In this document: piece by piece, positions 10,274 to 20,752 of the stretch
How positions within the stretch are numbered: position 1 is the stretch's first letter
Layout: every line of letters starts with the position of its first letter
NCBI GenBank assembly: GCA_963665815.1
Contig: OY762463.1
Span: 2,624,001-2,688,000, forward strand
Direction: 5' to 3'
Source: Candidatus Cloacimonadales bacterium
Lineage (GTDB): Bacteria; Cloacimonadota; Cloacimonadia; Cloacimonadales; JAIOQZ01
DNA length: 64,000 bases
The notes under the pieces: model-generated
Told to the model about the DNA's origin: nothing
What the model saw: the letters and a program-made list of their open reading frames with translations, nothing else
The model's database searches: none
Position numbers and translations under genes: made by a program

Positions 10274-10294
10274 AAGGCTGAACATGTCAGCCTT
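10274..10294. terminator. Hairpin terminator between convergent genes
   Basis: AAGGCTGA-ACATG-TCAGCCTT. Confidence 0.6.
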
Positions 10295-10301
10295 AACTTA
10301 T

Positions 10302-10625
10302 CTATAATCCCATTAATGTTAGCTTATGAAATGAATTATCATTTATAAACTCCAGATAGATTATTCTATCAATCTCAGAAACACTGTAATAGTAATAATC
10401 TCCAACGAAATCACTCATATTTTGATTTCTTTATGACTTTATCAGGTTCAAATTTTGTGCACTATCGAAAACGTGGACCATATCATGATTAAATGCCACC
10501 ATCTTTTCATCATCTAATATCATCACATTGGTTTGATAACCGGGTGCAGAATCAGAAAAATCAAAATTAGACTGGTTCAATACTTCTGTTACTGGATTAA
10601 ATTTATAAAGGGTATATATACATAA
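10302..10625 (-). pseudogene. Gene remnant with one in-frame stop
   Basis: The minus frame reads IYTLYKFNPVTEVLNQSNFDFSDSAPGYQTNVMILDDEKMVAFNHDMVHVFDSAQNLNLIKS*RNQNMSDFVGDYYYYSVSEIDRIIYLEFINDNSFHKLTLMGL*, with TAA at 10431-10433 and no proper start. Confidence 0.5.
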
Positions 10626-11570
10626 TTACAATAGAGGTTTAGATTCCAGTTTTCTAATGATTTCCTCAAACTCACTTAAATGTAAATAATTGTTCATGAA
10701 CTTAAACTGATGAATGTGAAGATTGTGATAATTAACGGATGCAAGGCTATGAGAGCAATACATAGATCTAGGTTGATCTGATGCCAGCCAATACTCATCA
10801 AAGTTATCAATAACTGATTTAATTCCAGCCTGGAAAATTAACCTGGCTTTCTCATCTCTAGTAATAGCATAGTATTCCCATATTCCCCATAATGCGTATA
10901 ATTTTCCATTTAATACGTGGCAATGTTCCTTATTTGGATATTCTTCAATCCAATAGTAATCGTTGTCGTCAATATGCACACACCAATATGGATCAGTGTT
11001 TGTTATCAGAGTTTCAAAGAGACTATTGGCAACATTAAGGTAATGAGAATCATTTGTAAGAATAAAACCTCTACAGAATGCACCCAGTAATTCTCCCTGA
11101 GCCATTCCACTAACCCAAACATCTCCCATGGGAACTCCAAAATGATTATGAGAAAATTTATATTCGGCGTAGTATGCGTGCGTTAGTTGCTTTTCAATAT
11201 ATTCTAAGTTTATTAAAATGATTTTCTTAAAATCTTCATTAAAATCATTTCTGTAAAAGTCATACAGAAAGCTTATTGCATGTGCATGTGAAACAGGATG
11301 GAATCCATCAAATGTATCATTGGGTGTATGTATGATTGAATCAGCATCTAAGTAATCTTCTATTACCATAGTTCTTCCAAAGCCTTCGAAGGTGTGCAAA
11401 GTGGAGTCTGCTTTTTCTTGAATATCTGAAATTTCAAGTTGCTTTACATTCTTGAAGTCAAGTTCTTCCACTTTGTCAACAACGTTAGTAGGGTTTGTTG
11501 ATGTTGTTCTGCAGGATGCAATTGTAATAAGAATTAATAAAGGTAATAATAAATTTCTGTTCTTTCTCAT
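10626..11570 (-). CDS. D-glucuronyl C5-epimerase family lipoprotein
   Basis: WVSGMAQG, WIEEYP, HVLNG..YALWGIWEY and YHNLHIHQ motifs typical of the C5-epimerase C-terminal domain; lipobox IASC. Confidence 0.85.
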   Translation of the reverse strand: MRKNRNLLLPLLILITIASCRTTSTNPTNVVDKVEELDFKNVKQLEISDIQEKADSTLHTFEGFGRTMVIEDYLDADSIIHTPNDTFDGFHPVSHAHAISFLYDFYRNDFNEDFKKIILINLEYIEKQLTHAYYAEYKFSHNHFGVPMGDVWVSGMAQGELLGAFCRGFILTNDSHYLNVANSLFETLITNTDPYWCVHIDDNDYYWIEEYPNKEHCHVLNGKLYALWGIWEYYAITRDEKARLIFQAGIKSVIDNFDEYWLASDQPRSMYCSHSLASVNYHNLHIHQFKFMNNYLHLSEFEEIIRKLESKPLL

Positions 11571-11694
11571 TTTTTCCCCTTAATGTTTTAAACTCATACC
11601 CTATTGAGTTTTAAAAAAAAATGATTTGCAATATTAATGTCAAGCATATTGACTGAAAATTAAATGAGTCGTCTGAAAAGAATCATAAATGATA

Positions 11695-11725
11695 AAAAGG
11701 CTGCCGTTTAATCCAGCAGCCTTTT
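11695..11725 (-). terminator. Terminator of the 2-oxoacid dehydrogenase operon
   Basis: AAAAGGCTGC...GCAGCCTTTT inverted repeat just past the lpdA stop codon. Confidence 0.65.
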
Positions 11726-11730
11726 AACAT

Positions 11731-13062
11731 CTATTTATGCAGTGGTTCGTCTATAGCATCGAATCCCGCCTCCATGAATACTTCCGAAACAGTCGGATGA
11801 GCATGTATAGTCTTTGAAAGATCAAATACCGTTCCCTCGATTTTCATCAGGGCAGATGCTTCTGCTATCAGATCTGTTGCGTTTGCCGCAATAATCTGAA
11901 CTCCGAGTACTTCGCCGTATTTCTTTTCCGACAGGATTCTGATCTTACCTTCTGTGTTACCTTCTGCCAGAGCTTTACCATTTGCAGACAAGCTGAACTC
12001 AGAAACCTTGAAATCTGTTCCGGATTCCTCCAGCTCCTGCTCTGTCTTGCCTATCTGTGACATTTCCGGGTTAGAGTATACATTCAGCAGATCAATATCT
12101 GTTTCCTGATTCTCTATCCCTCTGAGATGGTTTACAGCGGCAAGTCCCTGTGCTGATGCAGAATGTGCAACACTGGCTCTGCCATTGACATCACCAACAG
12201 CATAAATACCTGAGATACTGGTCAGGAGGTTGTGATCAGTCTTAATAAAGCCGTTTTCCAGTCGGAACGCCTGTTTGCTTTCCGGGATAACGGCATTTCT
12301 TAGATTACAATTAACTATTTTATCAAACTCTATTTTTTTATCATTTACGAAAATTTCATCTTTCTCCATCTTCCACTCTGACCTTGGAAAATATTGTATC
12401 TTATCCTTCTTGAACTTGGAAACAATAAACTGCTCAAAGTGTTTGTCCATACCGGGCAGAATATTCTCTTCACTATTCAGTAATACAATATTTCTATCCA
12501 ACATTTTAAACAATTGAGCCATCTCCACAGCTACAGTACCGGATCCGATAATTACTGGATTTTCAGGAAGACTTTCTTCGCTCATCAGTGTTTCCAGATT
12601 GAGTATCAAGTCTTTGTTTTCAACTTCGATTGGTTCAGGATAAGAACCTGTAGCAATAAAGATATTCTTAGTTTCCAGCAGACGGGAGTTCACATCAATC
12701 TTGTGCTCATCTACAATTACTGCTTCACCATCAATTATCTCAACCCCGTTTTTCTTTAACAGAAATTGTACTCCGCGAGTCAGTTTTCCTGTTACACGTT
12801 TAACACGTTTTTGTGCCAATTTCCAGTCAAAATTGAGACTTTCCTTATCAATGCCGGTAATAGCAAAGTCTTTTGCTTTCTTTATCCTGTCATATAGTTT
12901 TGCCGACTCGATAAGTGTTTTTGTCGGGATGCAGCCCCAATTGAGACACATACCGCCAATATATTTTTTATCAATGATAGCTGTTTTCAGTCCAATCTGT
13001 CCTGCTCTTATTGCAGCAACATATCCGGCAGGTCCAGCTCCGATAATTATTAAATCATACAT
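11731..13062 (-). CDS. lpdA: Dihydrolipoamide dehydrogenase (E3)
   Basis: GAGPAGYVAA, GGMCLNWGCIPTK redox disulfide and HAHPTVSE motifs. Confidence 0.95.
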   Translation of the reverse strand: MYDLIIIGAGPAGYVAAIRAGQIGLKTAIIDKKYIGGMCLNWGCIPTKTLIESAKLYDRIKKAKDFAITGIDKESLNFDWKLAQKRVKRVTGKLTRGVQFLLKKNGVEIIDGEAVIVDEHKIDVNSRLLETKNIFIATGSYPEPIEVENKDLILNLETLMSEESLPENPVIIGSGTVAVEMAQLFKMLDRNIVLLNSEENILPGMDKHFEQFIVSKFKKDKIQYFPRSEWKMEKDEIFVNDKKIEFDKIVNCNLRNAVIPESKQAFRLENGFIKTDHNLLTSISGIYAVGDVNGRASVAHSASAQGLAAVNHLRGIENQETDIDLLNVYSNPEMSQIGKTEQELEESGTDFKVSEFSLSANGKALAEGNTEGKIRILSEKKYGEVLGVQIIAANATDLIAEASALMKIEGTVFDLSKTIHAHPTVSEVFMEAGFDAIDEPLHK

Positions 13063-13072
13063 CTTCTACCTC

Positions 13073-14365
13073 CTATTTCATTATCAGAGCTATCGGATCA
13101 TTTAGATAACTCATAACTTCAGTTACAAATCTGCCAACTTCTCCACCATCAACGATTCTGTGATCGACCGACATTGAGATAGGCATTACATTTCCAACAG
13201 CCAGTTCATGATTCTTAACAACAGGTTTTTCGGTAATCCTGCCTACACCAAAGATTGCAGCCTGTGGATAGTTGATTACGGGAACGGCGTACAATCCACC
13301 AATAGAACCGTAATTTGTAACGGTGAATGTTCCGTCTTTCATGTCCTCAAATGTAAGCTCACGTTCTCTGGCTTTTATTGAAATCTCAGTGAGTTCTTTT
13401 GCCAGCTCAAAAATAGATTTTTTATCAACATCTTTAATAACAGGAACAAGAAGACCATCTTCTGTATCTACAGCAATACCTATGTTATAGTACTTCTTGT
13501 AGATCATCCTGTCATTTTCTTCATCCATCTGACTGTTTAGTGAAGGGTGATTCTTAAGAGCTTTGGCAATTGATTTCAGGATAAACGGCAGGTAAGACAA
13601 CATTACATTTTCATCTGCAAAGATTTTCTTGTATTTCTTCCTGATTTCTATCAATTTGCTGACTTCGACATCTTCATGCACAGACATATGAGCAGCATTG
13701 TGCTTTGAGCGAATCATGTTCTTAGCTATTGTCTTTCTGATCTGTGATAACGGTTCATATACAACTCTTGGTTCCTGCTCAGTTACTTTTTGTACAGCCG
13801 GAGCAGCACTTTGTACTTTGTTAATGTATTGCTGAATATCTTTTTTCATCACTCTTCCGGCAGGTCCGGAACCTTTAACAAGATTGATATCCACACTAAG
13901 ATCCTTAGCCATAGCTCGTGCAACTGGAGTTGCCAATGCTTTCTTTCTGACAGGTTTTTCGTTTTTCTGCTGTTGAACTCCTTCATCGCTTGATGGCAGA
14001 TATCCACCATCTCCCGCAACTTCCAGGGTACCGACAACGCCAAAACCTTTTTCTTCAACCTGTTCTTCTTTAGGTCCTTCAGGCTGTTCCTGAGCTGTCT
14101 TTTGTGCTTCTTCTCCGCTTACACCTTCTATATCCAGTTCTACAAGTGGATTTCCCACTTTTACAACTTCTCCGGGGGAGCCATACTTCATTGCCACAAC
14201 ACCATCTTTAGGAGACGGAATATCTGTTACAACTTTATCTGTTTCCATTTTTACCAGAGAATCACCTGATTTGATTTCCTGTCCTTTTTCGACGTACCAT
14301 TCTATGATTTTTCCTTCTTCAAGACCTTCGCCTATATCCGGAAAGTTAAATATATACCTCATCAT
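13073..14365 (-). CDS. pdhC: 2-oxoacid dehydrogenase dihydrolipoamide acyltransferase (E2)
   Basis: Lipoyl domain ETDKV, E3-binding ATPVAR...GSGPAGRV, catalytic DHRIVDG. Confidence 0.93.
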   Translation of the reverse strand: MMRYIFNFPDIGEGLEEGKIIEWYVEKGQEIKSGDSLVKMETDKVVTDIPSPKDGVVAMKYGSPGEVVKVGNPLVELDIEGVSGEEAQKTAQEQPEGPKEEQVEEKGFGVVGTLEVAGDGGYLPSSDEGVQQQKNEKPVRKKALATPVARAMAKDLSVDINLVKGSGPAGRVMKKDIQQYINKVQSAAPAVQKVTEQEPRVVYEPLSQIRKTIAKNMIRSKHNAAHMSVHEDVEVSKLIEIRKKYKKIFADENVMLSYLPFILKSIAKALKNHPSLNSQMDEENDRMIYKKYYNIGIAVDTEDGLLVPVIKDVDKKSIFELAKELTEISIKARERELTFEDMKDGTFTVTNYGSIGGLYAVPVINYPQAAIFGVGRITEKPVVKNHELAVGNVMPISMSVDHRIVDGGEVGRFVTEVMSYLNDPIALIMK

Positions 14366-14370
14366 TCCTC

Positions 14371-15348
14371 CTAATAGTTCACTATCTTTTCAATGTTATA
14401 CATAATCTTCTCAGGTGTCTGCATATAGAACTTCTCACCCTGAGGAAGAGGAATTATTGTGTCAAAACCTGCGACTCTGGTTGGAGGAGCTTCCAGGCTT
14501 AAGAATGCTTCTTCGTTTGCAATTGCCATTATCTCACTTGATACACCAAAGCTTTGAGGTCCCTCTGTAACAACTATGACTCTACCTGTTTTTCGGATTG
14601 AGTCCGCTACAGTTTCTCTGTCTATCGGATAGATAGAACGCAGATCAATAATCTCTACTGATATTCCTTTCTGTTTTGCCATGGCAGAAGCTTTCTGAAT
14701 CTCGCGAATCATAGCTCCGTATCCAATTACTGTAATGCTGTCACCTTTCTGAACAACACGAGCCTTACCAATCGGGATATTGTATTTATCTTCGGATACT
14801 TCTTGTTTGATAGCCCTGTATATTCTCTTTGGTTCCATGTAGATTACCGGATCATCTGTCTGGATTGCTTCTATCAGCAGACCTTTGGCATCATGCGGTG
14901 TAGATGGAATTACTACTTTCAGTCCCGGAATATGTCCAAACAGAGCTTCCATACTTTCGGAGTGGTGTTCAAGAGCGTTAATCCCACCGCCGTATGGCAT
15001 TCTGATTACCATTGGTACTTTATATTTACCGCGTGTTCTGTTGTGATATCTGGCAACATGTGATATTATTTGATTAAATGCCGGATAGACAAAACCGGAG
15101 AACTGCATTTCCACTACGGGACGGAGTCCGCCAATTGCCATTCCTAGCCCTGTTCCCACAATACCGCTTTCTGCGAGTGGAGAGTCAAAAACTCTTTCTT
15201 TTCCAAACTGCTGCTGGAGGTTTTCAGTTACGCGGAACACACCGCCTTCTACTCCAACATCTTCTCCGAATACAACTACATTCGGATCTTCTTTCAGCAT
15301 AATTTCCATGGCATTGTTTACAGCCTGTACAATGTTCATCACTTTCAT
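14371..15348 (-). CDS. pdhB: 2-oxoacid dehydrogenase E1 beta subunit
   Basis: GEDVG..GGVFR, DSPLAESGI, EMQF and EHHSES motifs; ATGA overlap with E1 alpha. Confidence 0.93.
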   Translation of the reverse strand: MKVMNIVQAVNNAMEIMLKEDPNVVVFGEDVGVEGGVFRVTENLQQQFGKERVFDSPLAESGIVGTGLGMAIGGLRPVVEMQFSGFVYPAFNQIISHVARYHNRTRGKYKVPMVIRMPYGGGINALEHHSESMEALFGHIPGLKVVIPSTPHDAKGLLIEAIQTDDPVIYMEPKRIYRAIKQEVSEDKYNIPIGKARVVQKGDSITVIGYGAMIREIQKASAMAKQKGISVEIIDLRSIYPIDRETVADSIRKTGRVIVVTEGPQSFGVSSEIMAIANEEAFLSLEAPPTRVAGFDTIIPLPQGEKFYMQTPEKIMYNIEKIVNY

Positions 15349-16430
15349 TTCTGTGCCTCCTTCCACTGCATAAACTGTTTGTGTTTCTGTTTCTGCTTCT
15401 TGAGCTCATCAGGCATTTCAACATATTGATACTCAAAGACATCATCGAAGTTGTATTCTGTTTTTTCAGCTTCATCAAACTCGATATTGATTTTCTTTTT
15501 GTATTCTTCGAGAAGCTTGTTTTCTTCTTCTTCTGAGTATATACCTTTAGCTATCAGATATTTTTTCAATCTCTCCAGCGGATCAGTCTTTTCCCATTCT
15601 GCTTCTTCGTCTTTTGTTCTGTATCTCGTAGGGTCATCTGAAGTTGTATGTGCTCCCTTACGGAATGTAACTGCTTCAATCAGGAATGGGCCATTTCCTT
15701 CCATAACATGCTTACGTGCTTCCTGAAGTACATCATACATAGCGAAAATATCATTCCCGTCTACTTTGATGCTTGGTACACCGGCAGCAACACCCTTAAC
15801 TGCCAGATTCATGGCAGCGGTCTGTCTGGCAACCGGAACAGATATAGCAAACTGGTTATTCTGAATTACGAAGACTACAGGGGCTTTCCATACTCCGGCA
15901 AAGTTCATTGCTTCATAGAAATCACCTTCGGATGTTCCACCATCACCAACATATGTAAATACGGCAGATTCTTCTTCCTTATGCTTCATGGCATAACCAA
16001 TTCCGGCAGCGTGCAGAAGCTGTGAGGCTATTGGTACCGAAAGAGGAACTATTCTGTTTGCTTTCTCAAAGTAAACTCCCCATTCGTCACCACGATAGTA
16101 CATGTACAATTCTTTTAATGTTGCACCTTTGGCAATATATGCTCCAAGTTCACGAAAAGCCGGCACAAGCCAGTCATCATGTCTGATTGTAAGACCGGAT
16201 GCCACAGCAACAGCTTCCTGACCAAGACTTGGGGGATATGTGTACATTCTGCCTTGTCTCTGAAAGCTTACAGCCATCAGGTCGGCAGTACGTGCGAACA
16301 ACATTTTATTATATATATCTTTTAACTCTTCATCTTCAAACGGGCAGGTCCAGTTCTCAGCAACAACCTTTCCGTCATTATCAAGAACCTTATACATTTC
16401 GTTCTTGAGCGGATCAAAATCACGAATCAT
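15345..16430 (-). CDS. pdhA: 2-oxoacid (pyruvate/branched-chain) dehydrogenase E1 alpha subunit
   Basis: RQGR, GQEA, TPP-binding GDGGTSEG...NNQFAIS and HTTSDDP motifs. Confidence 0.93.
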   Translation of the reverse strand: MIRDFDPLKNEMYKVLDNDGKVVAENWTCPFEDEELKDIYNKMLFARTADLMAVSFQRQGRMYTYPPSLGQEAVAVASGLTIRHDDWLVPAFRELGAYIAKGATLKELYMYYRGDEWGVYFEKANRIVPLSVPIASQLLHAAGIGYAMKHKEEESAVFTYVGDGGTSEGDFYEAMNFAGVWKAPVVFVIQNNQFAISVPVARQTAAMNLAVKGVAAGVPSIKVDGNDIFAMYDVLQEARKHVMEGNGPFLIEAVTFRKGAHTTSDDPTRYRTKDEEAEWEKTDPLERLKKYLIAKGIYSEEEENKLLEEYKKKINIEFDEAEKTEYNFDDVFEYQYVEMPDELKKQKQKHKQFMQWKEAQK

Positions 16431-16719
16431 CTTTACCTCCTTGATCGTTATCTCTTACAATCAAACTAATTAAATTCCGGAGAAAAGAAACTATTTTTTA
16501 ATTGTTGACGGTGTTAAATATATCAAAAAATCAGATAAGGTCATGTTATAAAAGGTTTTTAGCGTGTATAAAAAATAATTACATAATCATGAAAATTATA
16601 AAACATTGCAGTTAAATATTTAGAATAGAGTGTTAGAAAACTGAAACAATTTATGTAGGTTCAGAATAAAATGCAATGATGTGCAGTTTTTATCGAAAGA
16701 AAAGCCACTTGCAGGAGAT

Positions 16720-16760
16720 GAGACAAAGGTCCTTTGCCTCTACGTATCTCGTAGAGACAG
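16720..16760. repeat. GTAG-type REP-like palindrome
   Basis: GAGACAAAGG-T-CCTTTGCCTC followed by TAC (GTAG on the minus strand), then a second GTAGAGACAG. Confidence 0.5.
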
Positions 16761-16808
16761 AACTATAGCTACTTCTCAGCAAAAAAAGAGAACATGGTGT
16801 TTACAATC

Positions 16809-16841
16809 TCAGAATTTTAGTAAAAAAAGGGGGGATGCCAA
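16809..16841 (+). repeat. 33-bp repeat end, inverted relative to 20945-20977
   Basis: TCAGAATTTTAGTAAAAAAAGGGGGGATGCCAA vs the reverse complement of 20945-20977, TCAGATTTTTAAGAAAAAAAGGGGGGATTCCAA (29/33 identical). Confidence 0.8.
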
Positions 16842-16918
16842 CAAATGTATTAAATAATTGACACTTATCTCAGCAATTATACACATTGTTGTGAGATACT
16901 TTCAGGTAAGGAGAAGTA

Positions 16919-19900
16919 ATGAAACGCAAAGCATTTTTATGTATAATTTTTATATATTCATTATTGAACGGACTTGTTTACGAAACAGCATCCTTAAAAG
17001 ATTTTATTTATGGTGAAACTGACTCAACATCTTATGACAACTGGCAGAGCCATGTTGTAGAAAGTACTGCAACTTTTGGTTATGTATACGCTCCATTCGA
17101 TGTTCAGAGTGACGGTTTCGGTACTTTTGATGTTCCGGACTCCTCAGATACAATCTGTTGGACACAAATAATTGATAACATCCTTGATAATAATCTTAAT
17201 ATAGCCGATTCCTTGATTTCTGAGCAGAACTGGCCGTATGAGCTTGTAGCTTTTCATGACACAGATGTTGATAGAGATTATTTGATGCTGCGGGAATTGA
17301 TAAATCCTGTATATGTAGACTCAAACAATGGAGACTATATTGAGAGCGGAAGTTTTGACAAAGGCTGGGGATTATATATATTCAATTATGATTCCGATAA
17401 CAGTAATATTATATCTACCCCTCACCCAAGTGATGATTTTGTTTCTGTACCTGTATCCTGTTACGCTTTCCAGAAACTCAATGCCAGATACTGGTTTATG
17501 AGTGGTGCAAGTCGTGGAGCAGCTATTTCAGACTTTCAATTTAGTCCGGATTATTCTCTCTCAGATCCAACCAGAAATAATGTACATCCCAATAATGCAG
17601 CCTATAAGACTGTTGTTGATAGAATAAGAGCTGCCGGAGAACCTGAGTTTTGCCTGCAAATGCACTCCTATGATAGCCATGGAGACAATACTTACAAGCC
17701 TGTTGAAATTACAACCGGAAGAGCATATACTGTTCCTGGGCATCCTATAAGGGATTTCAGTGGAAACAATCTGGACTTGGTAAACTTCACTCCTTATCTT
17801 GTTGTAAATAATTATATTGGTTTGGTTTACAATAATGTAAATATTGATGATTATTATTCAATTAAGAATACATCAGAAGGAATATATAGAGACGGAAGCA
17901 ATTTTCAAATCGATGATTATCCACATCTCAGAGGTTATTATCAAAACAGGCAGGCACTGTATACAAACAATTATTATGATGATGAGGATATGTTCAGTCA
18001 TTTCATGCATGTTGAACTCAGTGAGTTTCCATATGCTTTTTATGAATCATATCCATATTTTTCTGCTCTTTATGAAGAGTACAATGGTACATTTTCCAGC
18101 AGATTTAACAGAATAGTACAATTCTATGAACCTTTTGTGGACGCTTTAGCTCAGTCAATGATGTACTATAATGAGTTTGATGATGGACTTACACCTGATG
18201 CTCCTGAGCTGAGAAACTGTAGAGATGGTGATTTTATTGGTTTAATATGGTCTGAAGATGATTCATATGATTTCCATACTTACAAAATCTATTACTCAAA
18301 TAATCCGATTCCAGATAGTCCTGACACAGTTGCAGATACAACAATACATGTTATAGACAGAGAAAACGATCCTCTTCTGGCACTACCTGTCAGTGCAAGA
18401 TTATCTGCATTAGATTATAATCTTTTAGATAAGTATGTCAGGATTCAGGTTCTGGATAAAAACGGGAATCAATCTCCTCTATCAAATGAAGTAAATGCAG
18501 CTACAATAAACGTTGATGTTTCATCATACTCGGTAATTGAAACTGGCAATGGAGTTGAGATAGAATGGACAACCGTATATCAGAATAATAATGCTGGATT
18601 TGTATTATATAGGAGTGAGTGGCCTTTTGATAATGATGTATTAATTGCTCATTATCAAGTTCAACAGGAATTAGCTGGATCAACTGCTCAGGATAGTGTG
18701 TTATATTCTTTTACTGATTCAAATGTTGAAAACAACAAAATATATAATTATTCTTTGTACTATTATGATACAATAACTAATCAGGAAATAGAAGTTGTGC
18801 CGGAAATTGGTATTCATCTGGAGGACGGATATAATATTGTACATGATAACCACGGTAATGAGTCGATATATACAATTTCAAACAACTATTACGCAGAAGA
18901 TGGTTTAGATGATTTGGATGTTTTATCGACAGATCATTCAATTTCTCGATATTCCGGAATCAGGGATGAAAACTACTATGATTTGCTGTATACTACTTCC
19001 AGAAAACAGTTTTATGATTCGACTGAAACATATAAGGAATGGCTATTTACCACTTACAGATGTTCCGGAAATAATGTCATTAAACTGGAACAGCAGCCAG
19101 ATAGCGTAAGCTCAAATGAAAGGATGCTGATCAGAAGTGGAAATCTTTACTGTGATCTTTTAACTGACAGTTTAGTGTATACTGAAAGCTCAAATGGTAT
19201 TATTCGTCGTTACTTCAACATCTACTGGGGTAATCTTATTCCGAATATTTCAACTTCATTGGATACTGTAAGATATTACAGCATTGGTGACTCATTAAAG
19301 TTAAACTGGTATAATGATAAAGAGTTTGCCTTAACGAGATATTATATTACTGCCGGAGACTCAGTTAACAGCACAATGGTTACCGCTTCTCTCAGCACGT
19401 ATTCATCAAGCTTTAAGTTTCTACTAAGTGAGGATTTTTTAGGTTTCACAACTTTTACTCTTCATGCAGTTATGTATGATAACACTGAGTTGCAGTTTGA
19501 ATTTCCACCTGTTTTTGTTAATCCTGTTTCTCAGGAATATGAGATTTCAACGGGTTTGAATCAAGTAACTTTCAGTAATCTTAGTACATCAGTAGATATT
19601 CAGTCTACATTTGGTAATACTCTTACAGCATATAAATATATTGATAGTGTATTTGTTGCACAAAGCTCTCTGACAAATGGCTCATATATTCTCAAAAGCA
19701 GTCAGAATAACAGTTTAAATATGCAAAACTGTCAATTTCCGGATGGTCCAAGAGGCATTATGCTCTATAGTGGTTGGAATCTGATTGGTTCTCCTTTTCC
19801 TCATGATTATCCTTTAACTTCATGCGAAGTAATCTCAGATGGAGTAACAATGAGCTTTAATGATGCAATTAATGCGGAAATTATTGGTGGTTATGGATTT

Positions 19901-20752
19901 GATTATTTTAATGCAGATCCTGTTAATAATGTTATTGAATCGGGAAAGAGTGTTTGGATTTACAGTTTTGCTGACTCAGTTGAAATGACTTTTAATGTAT
20001 ATCCTGATCAGAGCATAAACGCGATTTGTCCGTCTGATTTCAACCATTTGGAGCTATGTGTGACTAATATAGATCAGTCTAACAGTGCAAAATTTCTTGT
20101 TGGTAGTAATTCAAATGTTCCCCAAGGTTACAATCCTGCACTTGATTTACTTTCTCCACCAAATGATTTGAATGTTCTTCAGGTATTCACTATTGAGGAT
20201 AGTCTCCATTTTTTCAGAAACATCAAATCTTTTACGAATGAAGAGAACTCATTGATTGATTTCAATGTCAGAGTAATATCTCAGGCAGGAGACTCAGTGA
20301 GATTTTCAATTTCTGCTTCAAGTTATGATTTTGACAAATCTTTCTATGTTTTCGATGGTGCAGATAGAAAAAGACTGTATTTCGGTCATGGACTTACTTT
20401 TTTAAACTCAACCGGAACACTTGATCTGACTCTGAGAATCCAGAACTTCGAAACATCCAATGATGTAAATGAATTTGAGTTTGTCCCACTCGCAAACTAC
20501 CCTAATCCATTCAATCCGGAAACAACAATAAATTTCTCAATCCATAAACCTGAAGAAGTAGAACTTAAGATATACAATATTAAAGGACAGCTTGTGAAAA
20601 CACTTATTGATGAAAAGATAGAACCGGGAGTACATAAGGTAATTTGGAAAGGCAGAAATAACAATAACAAGCAGGTTGCATCCGGAGTCTACTTTATAAA
20701 ATTGAAAGCAAGTACGAACACTGATATCCGAAAAACAATTCTTTTGAAGTAG
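16919..20752 (+). CDS. Large secreted multidomain protein with a C-terminal FlgD-Ig/T9SS-like sorting domain; N-terminus is a possible metallo-hydrolase
   Basis: Signal peptide; FN3/Ig-like repeats (IEWTT..NNAGFVLYRS); C-terminal NYPNPFNPETTINF..IYNIKGQLVKTL..ASGVYFIKL. Confidence 0.85.
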   Translation: MKRKAFLCIIFIYSLLNGLVYETASLKDFIYGETDSTSYDNWQSHVVESTATFGYVYAPFDVQSDGFGTFDVPDSSDTICWTQIIDNILDNNLNIADSLISEQNWPYELVAFHDTDVDRDYLMLRELINPVYVDSNNGDYIESGSFDKGWGLYIFNYDSDNSNIISTPHPSDDFVSVPVSCYAFQKLNARYWFMSGASRGAAISDFQFSPDYSLSDPTRNNVHPNNAAYKTVVDRIRAAGEPEFCLQMHSYDSHGDNTYKPVEITTGRAYTVPGHPIRDFSGNNLDLVNFTPYLVVNNYIGLVYNNVNIDDYYSIKNTSEGIYRDGSNFQIDDYPHLRGYYQNRQALYTNNYYDDEDMFSHFMHVELSEFPYAFYESYPYFSALYEEYNGTFSSRFNRIVQFYEPFVDALAQSMMYYNEFDDGLTPDAPELRNCRDGDFIGLIWSEDDSYDFHTYKIYYSNNPIPDSPDTVADTTIHVIDRENDPLLALPVSARLSALDYNLLDKYVRIQVLDKNGNQSPLSNEVNAATINVDVSSYSVIETGNGVEIEWTTVYQNNNAGFVLYRSEWPFDNDVLIAHYQVQQELAGSTAQDSVLYSFTDSNVENNKIYNYSLYYYDTITNQEIEVVPEIGIHLEDGYNIVHDNHGNESIYTISNNYYAEDGLDDLDVLSTDHSISRYSGIRDENYYDLLYTTSRKQFYDSTETYKEWLFTTYRCSGNNVIKLEQQPDSVSSNERMLIRSGNLYCDLLTDSLVYTESSNGIIRRYFNIYWGNLIPNISTSLDTVRYYSIGDSLKLNWYNDKEFALTRYYITAGDSVNSTMVTASLSTYSSSFKFLLSEDFLGFTTFTLHAVMYDNTELQFEFPPVFVNPVSQEYEISTGLNQVTFSNLSTSVDIQSTFGNTLTAYKYIDSVFVAQSSLTNGSYILKSSQNNSLNMQNCQFPDGPRGIMLYSGWNLIGSPFPHDYPLTSCEVISDGVTMSFNDAINAEIIGGYGFDYFNADPVNNVIESGKSVWIYSFADSVEMTFNVYPDQSINAICPSDFNHLELCVTNIDQSNSAKFLVGSNSNVPQGYNPALDLLSPPNDLNVLQVFTIEDSLHFFRNIKSFTNEENSLIDFNVRVISQAGDSVRFSISASSYDFDKSFYVFDGADRKRLYFGHGLTFLNSTGTLDLTLRIQNFETSNDVNEFEFVPLANYPNPFNPETTINFSIHKPEEVELKIYNIKGQLVKTLIDEKIEPGVHKVIWKGRNNNNKQVASGVYFIKLKASTNTDIRKTILLK

